Virus record (IMG/VR): IMGVR_UViG_3300037882_001770
Coordinates: 62,001-126,000 of that record
Reading direction: 5' to 3' (one strand)
Length of the DNA: 64,000 nucleotides
Part shown: positions 18,776-27,200 of the stretch, one piece after another
Numbering within the stretch: the first letter of the stretch is position 1
How the letters are laid out: every line of letters starts with the position of its first letter
The notes under the pieces: generated by a model
Told to the model about the DNA's origin: nothing
The model's input: only the letters and a program-made list of their open reading frames with translations
Database searches by the model: none
Program-made: the position numbers and the translations under genes

Positions 18776-19077
18776 TGGCAAACCCACCTCCACCATATGA
18801 AAACATAACAGGCATCAGTCGCACTGTCATGAAAGACAATGCACAAGAGACTGTTACTAACTATAACGGAAATGCTCGTCCGGGCGAAATGACTGTAAAT
18901 CCAAACACCAGTCAAATTTATATAGGCAATACTAACGGCAATTTAAATTTAGTAATCAGTAGCAACGGATCAAATTTGTTTGTGGGCAATGCCAGAGTAT
19001 CAAATACAGTTCCGGCGGGTTTTTATCAAATGTATTACAACCCCACGACCGGTGAAGTAATTTATTACCAGCCCTAA
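18775..19077 (+). CDS. Hypothetical virion protein
   Basis: 100 aa with ARPGEMTVNPNTSQIYIG motif, a type seen in fibre/decoration proteins. Confidence 0.5.
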   Translation: MANPPPPYENITGISRTVMKDNAQETVTNYNGNARPGEMTVNPNTSQIYIGNTNGNLNLVISSNGSNLFVGNARVSNTVPAGFYQMYYNPTTGEVIYYQP

Positions 19078-20225
19078 ATCTTAAACCAACTTAGATATTG
19101 ATGTATTTTGTCAGTAACTGACTGCCAATCGCCCATTACGGGTTGCCGAAACAGTCTAGCACTAGGATACCACGGACTTGAATCTCGACCAAGCAACCAT
19201 CTCCAATCGACTGCATAGTTGTTGAGCATGATCCAGGTAGGGCGACCGAGGGCGCCACTTAAGTGTGACACCGCAGTATCAACTCCAACTACCACATCAA
19301 GATTTTGAATCAATGCTGCTGTGTCGGCCCAACTGCCAATAGTACCTGGAAACAAACTAACCCCAAGGTTAGCTAATTGATCAGACTCGTTGCTGTTGCA
19401 ATCAATTTGCAAATTGATCCATTCGTAGCTTGGATTTTTTTCAATCAGTTGTAGCATGCAATTAAACGGCAATGCCTTGTGTTGATTAATCCACGAATCT
19501 TTTCGGCCACTCCAACAAAAACCAACTCGTAATCGTTTTTTTGCACCAAGATGATCTTGCCAAGCCTTGGCTAAATTTGCATCAGGTGTGATATACTGCA
19601 AAGGAGCCAACAAGTTGTGTAACGTTACTCCTAGCACACCAGGAATACTCATAATAGGAGTCCAATAATCAAAATGTTCAGGAGTATCGCCGGGTTTTAT
19701 GAACTGCTTGACAATCGGGCTTCCGTGTATAAGAGGCACCATGCTAGGATCTAAATCCATTATAACATTTGCGCCCAACGCCTGCAAAGATAATAAAAAT
19801 CTTAAGAATTGTATATTGTCACCGTGGCCCTGCTCACCAATTACCAGTATGGTTTTTTCATTTAGGTCCTGTCCGGCCCACCTGGGTTGATCATATGCTG
19901 GTAAAAGTCCTGCTAGGTGCTCGTACTGCCATCGAGACTCATATGCCGGCCAGCCGTTTGCATAATCTCCTTGCAACAAATAACAAACAGCCAAATTAAA
20001 TCTTGCAGTAATGTTGTCAGGAGCCAACTGAATAGCTCGTTGTAAAAACGGAACAGCTCCAACCGGGTCGCCGACTTCTCTCAACACATTTCCATAATTA
20101 TTAAACGCACCAAAAGACAATCTATCCTGAGTGAGTGCCTGTGCGTAACAGGTCAGTGCTTGCTCGGGGCGGTGATCGGCCCTTGCTTGGTTTCCTTGCT
20201 CTATCAGAAGTTCAATATCATTCAT
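19074..20225 (-). CDS. TPR-repeat plus GT-B (GT9-like) glycosyltransferase
   Basis: N-terminal TPRs (AFNNYGNVLRE, ARFNLAVCYL), EQGHGDNIQF, LDVVVGVDTAVSHLSGALGRP; start reassigned to MNDIELL. Confidence 0.8.
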   Translation of the reverse strand: MNDIELLIEQGNQARADHRPEQALTCYAQALTQDRLSFGAFNNYGNVLREVGDPVGAVPFLQRAIQLAPDNITARFNLAVCYLLQGDYANGWPAYESRWQYEHLAGLLPAYDQPRWAGQDLNEKTILVIGEQGHGDNIQFLRFLLSLQALGANVIMDLDPSMVPLIHGSPIVKQFIKPGDTPEHFDYWTPIMSIPGVLGVTLHNLLAPLQYITPDANLAKAWQDHLGAKKRLRVGFCWSGRKDSWINQHKALPFNCMLQLIEKNPSYEWINLQIDCNSNESDQLANLGVSLFPGTIGSWADTAALIQNLDVVVGVDTAVSHLSGALGRPTWIMLNNYAVDWRWLLGRDSSPWYPSARLFRQPVMGDWQSVTDKIHQYLSWFKI

Positions 20226-20271
20226 TGCTATATTTAATTTGATGCGCCGACCCTGTAGATTATCTGGTTGC

Positions 20272-20370
20272 CATAAATACTTGTCAACGTAATACTGCGT
20301 TTTATGCGGGTAATAAACCCCCCGCGTAGCGGCTAGAACCCGCATGGGACTTCTTTAAGGAGAAAACAAA
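20272..20370 (+). promoter_or_regulatory. Late promoter and GC-rich structured 5' leader
   Basis: CATAAATA at 20272; ATGCGGGT (20304) can pair with CCCGCGT (20321) or ACCCGCAT (20338); AAGGAG SD. Confidence 0.5.
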
Positions 20371-21156
20371 ATGGGTCGTCCACTTAAAATTAAAAAAATT
20401 ATCGAAACCGGCGGTAACGGTAAAGATATCGGTTTCAATGCATTTGATCAATTGACAGCACCAACATTGCCAATTGGCGGCACTATGGAATCTAGCATGT
20501 TTCTTGGTGTAGTCGGTGGTGTTCAACCAACTACAATTGCTACGGCAGCATATCCGATTGTTAAATGCGAAGTTAACATTACTAACAGCGCCAGCGGCCA
20601 AACTCCTGGACTAATCATCCGTCAAAAAGGTGCTCGCAAATTCATGGTTGCTACAACAACCGCAATTGATCCTGAAAATGCAGTACCAAACTCAACTGTA
20701 GCGTTGCGTATTGCTGTAGTTGGCGATACAGACTGGTCGGCTATGGGTGCTCCGGTAGGATATGGTATTGGCACAATCTTTACACCAACAGCAGCATCAG
20801 CAGCGGGCACAACCGGCACAGCACAGGAAGTAGGCACATGTGTACTAACTAGTGACCTAACACCAACTGCTGGCAATATGAGCATTAGTTTCTTTGCTGG
20901 CGCATCTGATTCTACTGAACAGGCAATTAGCAAATTAACTAACAAGTTCTTGAGCGACTTTACAGGTGGTGAAACAGGCGGCAGTGCCAATACAGGCGAT
21001 GTTTGGAATCCTGCACTAGTAGCGCAAAACGTTCGTTATGATGCCAATTTCTTCAGCGACGAAGGCACAGAAATCAAGTCTGGTGCCGAAGCAGAAACAT
21101 TTGCCAACACAACTGGCCAATTAGATCTTGCTATTGTTGAAAAATACACTTCGTAA
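20371..21156 (+). CDS. Hypothetical virion structural protein
   Basis: 261 aa, Thr/Ala/Gly-rich, MGRPLK start, IIRQKGARKFMV; strong SD. Confidence 0.55.
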   Translation: MGRPLKIKKIIETGGNGKDIGFNAFDQLTAPTLPIGGTMESSMFLGVVGGVQPTTIATAAYPIVKCEVNITNSASGQTPGLIIRQKGARKFMVATTTAIDPENAVPNSTVALRIAVVGDTDWSAMGAPVGYGIGTIFTPTAASAAGTTGTAQEVGTCVLTSDLTPTAGNMSISFFAGASDSTEQAISKLTNKFLSDFTGGETGGSANTGDVWNPALVAQNVRYDANFFSDEGTEIKSGAEAETFANTTGQLDLAIVEKYTS

Positions 21157-21172
21157 TTTGTAGTAACCCAAG

Positions 21173-21204
21173 ATCCTTACAGCTATATACTGTAAGGATT
21201 TTTT
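21173..21204 (+). terminator. Hairpin with T-run, likely terminator
   Basis: ATCCTTACAG-7-CTGTAAGGAT followed by TTTTT. Confidence 0.65.
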
Positions 21205-21792
21205 ATGACCACAGCATTTGTACTAGGCAACGGCATTAGCCGAAAAGCAATTTCACTACTGCACCTGCGGCAATACGGTCCTATCTATGGATGTAATGCA
21301 TTATATCGCGATTTTACCCCCGATGTATTGGTGGCAACCGATCGCCCAATATCGGCACAGATACAAGACAGTGGCTACCCGATGAAAAATAAATTCTATA
21401 CCAGACGCCCGTTTACAGGGCACGGCGCACTACCAGTGCCAACAGATTATTTTGGTTACAGCTCTGGTCCTATTGCTACAGGGATAGCCGCCCTGGATGG
21501 ATACAGCACCATATATCTTATTGGATTTGACATGGGGCCCAGCCCCACACAAGGATTCAACAACATATATGCCGACACTGAATTTTATAGAACATCAACA
21601 TCAAACCCAACTTACACAGGAAATTGGATCAAACAGCTATGTCATGTCATGACTGACTTTCCGACCATAAAATTTATAAGAATCATGGGCCCAACTAGCT
21701 CAACAATAAAAGAGTTTGACTCACTTAAAAATTTGGAATATCTAGATTTGTCCACTTTTGCAGACCGCATAAATAATCAAAAGGATCTTTAA
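21205..21792 (+). CDS. CstII/Maf(DUF115)-like glycosyltransferase-fold protein
   Basis: AFVLGNGIS, YGCNALY, PDVLVATD, SSGPIA...GYSTIYLIGFDM. Confidence 0.65.
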   Translation: MTTAFVLGNGISRKAISLLHLRQYGPIYGCNALYRDFTPDVLVATDRPISAQIQDSGYPMKNKFYTRRPFTGHGALPVPTDYFGYSSGPIATGIAALDGYSTIYLIGFDMGPSPTQGFNNIYADTEFYRTSTSNPTYTGNWIKQLCHVMTDFPTIKFIRIMGPTSSTIKEFDSLKNLEYLDLSTFADRINNQKDL

Positions 21793-22392
21793 ATGGCTAG
21801 TTATAAGAACATCAGCGGCAATTGGTATATCACAGTGGAAAACGGTGTTGGCACGATCTATGTTGACGGTAACTTGGATGTGACCGGTAATATTACCTAC
21901 GTCAGCGAACTAGCGGTCAATGATGCATTTATTATTGTGGCAGCAAACAATACAGGCACAGTAACCAGCATGGGCTTGATTGCTCAAAAAACAGACACAG
22001 CATTTGCCGGATTTAGATTCAACACTATTACCAGCGAATGGGAAGTTAGTCCCAGTGTGGCCGAAGACGGCTCTCCAATTTCCCCATACACTGGCATAGT
22101 TACAGGAAACGTCGCAGTTGGTGGATCAAATACACAGGTACAGTTCAACAATAACGGTAGCTTTGGCGCAACTGGAAATTTGACATTCAATTCGGTAACC
22201 AACACACTGACCCTAGGCGGCCCACAAGTTTTTGCAAATATTATAACCACCCCGTCGACTGTGGTTGATTCAGTTAGTTTGTACCATAAAGGAGTCGGAC
22301 AGGGCGACACTGGACTATATGTAGTAAGCCCAACGGTTGATTCAGAATTGATCAGTTCGACTCAAGCTAAAAAGTTTTCAATTATATTTTAA
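21793..22392 (+). CDS. Tail-fibre-associated protein
   Basis: GNLDVTGNITY, GGSNTQVQFNNNGSFG fibre motifs. Confidence 0.6.
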   Translation: MASYKNISGNWYITVENGVGTIYVDGNLDVTGNITYVSELAVNDAFIIVAANNTGTVTSMGLIAQKTDTAFAGFRFNTITSEWEVSPSVAEDGSPISPYTGIVTGNVAVGGSNTQVQFNNNGSFGATGNLTFNSVTNTLTLGGPQVFANIITTPSTVVDSVSLYHKGVGQGDTGLYVVSPTVDSELISSTQAKKFSIIF

Positions 22393-22401
22393 GGAATAAT
22401 C

Positions 22402-22716
22402 ATGGCAATAACATCAGCACTAATCACAACATCGGCGGCCAACGTATATGCCAGCGTGGGCAATACCGCGGTAACCTGGCTATCAATTACTAATTATGGT
22501 GCAGCCAATGCAACAGCCAATGTGCATGTGGTACCATCAGGCGGCACAGCTAACGTTCAAAATCAAATTATTTCGGTTATTGAAATTGTAGCAGGTGACA
22601 CCTACCAAATCTATGCCGGTAATGAAAAATTGTTATTGGGTAACGACGACACAGTTCAAGCGGTGGCCAACGCAAACACTTTACTAAATGCAGTGACAAG
22701 TTTTACATCGGTGTAA
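22402..22716 (+). CDS. Small beta-rich virion protein
   Basis: 104 aa in the fibre cluster, with SD. Confidence 0.5.
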   Translation: MAITSALITTSAANVYASVGNTAVTWLSITNYGAANATANVHVVPSGGTANVQNQIISVIEIVAGDTYQIYAGNEKLLLGNDDTVQAVANANTLLNAVTSFTSV

Positions 22717-23114
22717 TGGGAAATTTTGTAAAAAATCGACAATTACAGTCAGGTAGTACTGGCGTGGTACTGCCTACTGGAAGTTCGGCGAATCGACCTG
22801 ATACCGCAGTGTTTGGCATGATACGTTATAATACAGATATTGGATTTTGTGAATTTTATAACGGTAGTATTTGGCAAAACATGGGTGTTGGCGGAGTGGT
22901 TAGCTACACAGTTGATGATTTTACAGGTGACGGCAGTACCACGGTGTTTACTATGAGTTTGGCTGAAAGTATTGCTACTCAACTCATAGTATTTGTAGGA
23001 TCAATTTATCAAATAGCTGTGACGAACTACACAGTTAATGGCGGTTTTGACATATCTTTTACTTCTGCTCCACCAGCAGGGATACCAATTAACGTTATTC
23101 ATACTGAAAATTAA
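22716..23114 (+). CDS. Short fibre/baseplate-associated protein
   Basis: LPTGSSANRP...GMIRYNT module plus FTGDGSTTVFT domain. Confidence 0.6.
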   Translation: MGNFVKNRQLQSGSTGVVLPTGSSANRPDTAVFGMIRYNTDIGFCEFYNGSIWQNMGVGGVVSYTVDDFTGDGSTTVFTMSLAESIATQLIVFVGSIYQIAVTNYTVNGGFDISFTSAPPAGIPINVIHTEN

Positions 23115-23147
23115 ACAGATAAATATCCTATCATAGGGATATAATAT

Positions 23148-24206
23148 ATGGGAATTAGCTTTGTTGCAGGATCGATGCTTAATAGCGACCTCCAACGAGA
23201 TTCTGATCTTGCATTCAATACTAACCTACTTTATATTGACGTCAGCGGCAATGCGGTAGGCATCAACACAACTACTCCTGCATCTGCACTTGAAGTTGTT
23301 GGCAATATAACAGTTGGTAATGTGCTGATTTCTAACACCGGAAATATCAGTGCTGGCAACGTTTGGATTAACAATTTAAGCAATCCAGTAGCAAATTCAG
23401 ATGCAGCTACTAAATTTTACGTTGACTCGACTAGTGCAAATGTGCTAGGTAATTTAGCAATCAGCAATACCACAATTACAACAAATCTAGCCGATGGAAA
23501 TATTACTTTAACATCCACTGGCAACGGAATTACGCAAGTGTCGGGCTCGGCTGGATTTGGAATTCCTGTTGGGAATACCTCGCAACGCCCAAGTGTGCCA
23601 TTGGTTGGCACACTGCGTTATAATTCGTCTACTAACTTTTTAGAAATATATGATGGCAGCGGATGGGTATCTGCTGCTGGAACCACATCTGCAGTCACAA
23701 ATCAAACTATCGAGCCCGACGGAGGGTCAGCAGTTTATACGCTAGACCAATCAACTACAGCCGTAAGTATTTTGGTCACGATCAACGGTATCAGTCAAAC
23801 ACCCGGAATTGACTACACTGTGGCCGCAGATCAAATTACTTTTACAACAGTTCCGTTGAGCTCTGATATTGTGCAGGTTCGTTTTATTGCCACCACTACC
23901 ACAGTAACAGAAATTACAAATAGTAGCGGCAATACATCGGTCCAAGCAACCGACGCCAGTACCATTAATTTTGAAATCAATTCAGCATTGGCAGCACAAA
24001 TAACCAGCGCCAAGATTGTTAATCTTGCTAGCAGTCACAGTTTACAACTACCAGCATATACCACAGCAAATGCCACAGCATTGGCCAATGTGGCCACAGG
24101 CCAAGTCATATACGTGTCCGACGGCAATGCCGGACAACCGTGCCTAGCGGTATACAGCGCCGGTGCTTTTAAACGAATTGCCCTGGGCAACACAATTTCT
24201 ACCTAA
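23148..24206 (+). CDS. Tail fibre protein
   Basis: NPVANSDAATKFYVD, IPVGNTSQRP...GTLRYN, GQVIYVSDG modules. Confidence 0.7.
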   Translation: MGISFVAGSMLNSDLQRDSDLAFNTNLLYIDVSGNAVGINTTTPASALEVVGNITVGNVLISNTGNISAGNVWINNLSNPVANSDAATKFYVDSTSANVLGNLAISNTTITTNLADGNITLTSTGNGITQVSGSAGFGIPVGNTSQRPSVPLVGTLRYNSSTNFLEIYDGSGWVSAAGTTSAVTNQTIEPDGGSAVYTLDQSTTAVSILVTINGISQTPGIDYTVAADQITFTTVPLSSDIVQVRFIATTTTVTEITNSSGNTSVQATDASTINFEINSALAAQITSAKIVNLASSHSLQLPAYTTANATALANVATGQVIYVSDGNAGQPCLAVYSAGAFKRIALGNTIST

Positions 24207-24268
24207 AACCCTCTCCAAACAGCATTATTCTCTGTTTGCCATAAATATGGTATAAATGGAGACTTGAC

Positions 24269-27200
24269 ATGGCCGTTACACGAATAAAGAATAATCAGAT
24301 TACTGATGCAACTGTTGTTGCTAGTGCAAAACTAGTTGACTACTCGATTACCGCTGGAAAAATTGCTAATAATTTAACCTACGGTAGTGATTTAACGATC
24401 GCCGGTAACCTAACCGTTAACGGAAATACAACCACAATTGACACCACTGTTGTAACAGTCGAAGATCCAATGATCAGCTTGGCCTACAACCAATCAGGAA
24501 GTCCTACACTGGACATTGGTTGGATCGGGGTGCGCGGCACTGCAAACAATGTGGCCTTTATCTGGGACGAAAGTGCCTTAGAATTTGCGGCAGCCTTTAC
24601 CACAGACGATATTGGTAACACCACTATTTCTCTTATTGGCTATGCCAATCTCCATGTTTTAAACGCCAACGTTGCTGGCAATATCTCTATAGGTGGCAAC
24701 GTTGACATTACTGGCAACATTACAAGTATCAACGTAACTGGCAACATTACCGGTGGCAATCTTAACACTCCGGGTCTAGCCAGCGTAGTTGGCAATGTGA
24801 TTGGTGGCAATATCAGTACAGCTGGATTGATTACAGCGGTTGGCAATATCAACTCGGGTGCTAACATTGTGGCAACTGCCAATGTAATTGGTGGCAATAT
24901 CAGCACAGCTGGATTGATTACAGCCGCAGGAAATATTTTAACAAGCGGTATAGTTACTGCTACGGGCAATGTCACTGGTGGTAATTTACTCACCGGTGGT
25001 CTGATTAGTGCCACAGGTAACATCAATTCAGATGCCAATATTGTGGCAACTGCCAACGTGATCGGTGGCAATGTTTCAACTGCTGGATTGGTAACTGCTA
25101 CAGGTAATGTCACAGGTGGTAATTTACTCACCGGCGGTCTGATTAGTGCCACGGGCAACATCAACGGTGGCAATTTGTATTCAGCTGGTACTGTTACCGC
25201 AGTTGGTAATATTACTGCACCGTATTTTATTGGTAATATTATTGGTAATGTTGATGCAGCAGGCGCTAACACACAGGTACAATTCAACGACAGTGACATC
25301 CTAGCTGGCTCAGCTGGATTTACATTTGACAAAACAGCAAATCTAGTAACAGTCACTGGCAACATTCAAGGCGGCAATTTAAGAACAGCAGGACTAGCGT
25401 CAGTAACAGGTAACATCAATTCAGATGCCAATATTGTGGCAACTGCCAACGTGATCGGTGGAAACATCTCAACTGCTGGATTGGTAACTGCTACAGGTAA
25501 TGTCACAGGTGGCAACTTGATTACCACAGGTGTTGCCACAGTAACAGGTAACATCAATTCAGATGCCAATATTGTGGCAACTGCCAACGTGATAGGTGGC
25601 AATATTTCAACAGCTGGATTGATAACAGCCACAGGAAATGTAACCGGTGGCAACTTGATTACCACAGGTGTTGCCACAGTAACGGGTAACATCAATTCGG
25701 GCGCCAACGTGATAGTGGCAGCCAACGTGATTGGTGGAAATATTTCAACAGCTGGTCTAGTGACTGCAACTGGAAACATTACCGGTGGCAACTTAAGATC
25801 GGCTGTGATAACTTCACCAAGTAGTGATATAACCATTACCAGTGATTCTGCAAATGCCAACGTTGTTATTACTCCTAAAGGCACCGGTAACGTAGTTCTT
25901 AACAATGCTTACATCAACAATTTAAGAGATCCTATACTAGCACAAGATGCTGCATCTAAACAATATGTTGATGATGCAGTGTCTTCGGGTATCACAATTC
26001 ATACTCCGGTACGAGTTGAGTCTCCAACAGCTCTCAACGGAACTTATGCGCAGGGCGGAACTACTGCTACGGTGACCAGCACAGTAGCAGGTAACACAGT
26101 GGTGTTTGGTTCTGCAATCAGTCCTCAAGTAAATGATCAATATTGGTTTACCAGTTCGTTCAGTGGTATTCTAGCAAACACACCATACTTTGTTGTAAGT
26201 GCACCAAACACCAGTGCTGCAGTGTTGAGTATCACCTACAGTGGTGCTCCGGTCACAGACATTACTAGCGCAACTGGGTTAACTCAACCAGTGAGAATTA
26301 ATTCTGGTGTTGGTGCTACATTGACCAATGCTGGTGCAAATGCAACATTGGTTATCGACGGCGTTACTCTAAGTAACACCAACCGTGTGTTGATCTATCA
26401 ACAGGCCAATGCAGTACACAACGGTGTATACGTGGTTAGTGAAGCTGGTAATGCTACCACTGCCTGGCAGTTGACACGTAGTGATGATATGAACACCTAT
26501 GCTCCTGATGACCTCAACGGATTAGATGCAGGTGATTATTTCTATGTTCAAGAAGGTGACACTGGTGCAGGCGAAAGTTATGTGATGACCGCTCCGGTTG
26601 GACCAACAATCATTGGTTATGCCAATCTAACATTTACACAGTTTAGCGCCAGTCAAGTTTACTCAGCCAATACGAGTGCTGGTTTGAGTTTGATTGGTAC
26701 AGTATTCTCAGCTAAAGTTGACAACAACACTACAGCATTTGACGGCGGCGGCAATATCATTGTTAAAGCCGGCGCAAATTTAACAACTCCAAACATTGGT
26801 GCTGCAACCGGAACAAGTCTAAGCGTAACCGGCAACATCACCGGTAGTAATGTTGTAGCTACTAATGGTTTTTTTGGCAACGTAAATCTAACAGGCGATA
26901 TTGTTGTTAACAGCTTAACTGCAAATACATTTGTTAGTGCCACTGGTAATGTGATCGGCGGTAATATCAGTACAGCTGGACTAGTAACCGCTACAGGAAA
27001 TGTAACTGGTAGCAACTTGATCACAGGTGGACTAGTAACTGCTACTGGTAACGTAACAGGCGGCAATTTAATTACTGCAGGGTTGATTACAGCCACGGGT
27101 AATGTAACCGGTAATAACGTTACTGCACTCAATCAACTTGGTGCAGCAACTCTGAGTCTAAGTGGCAACGTAACTTCTGCACTCAATGTAACTGGAAACA

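Noticed and set aside
18563-18796. ORF-track calls 18563..18775 (long start) and 18572..18796 (minus)
   Set aside because: Both span the gp23 terminator; the ATG at 18641 behind a late promoter is the more plausible start.
20296-20352. HDV-like ribozyme suggested by the terminal ATGGGAC
   Set aside because: No upstream GTCCCA partner for P2 and no L3 consensus.
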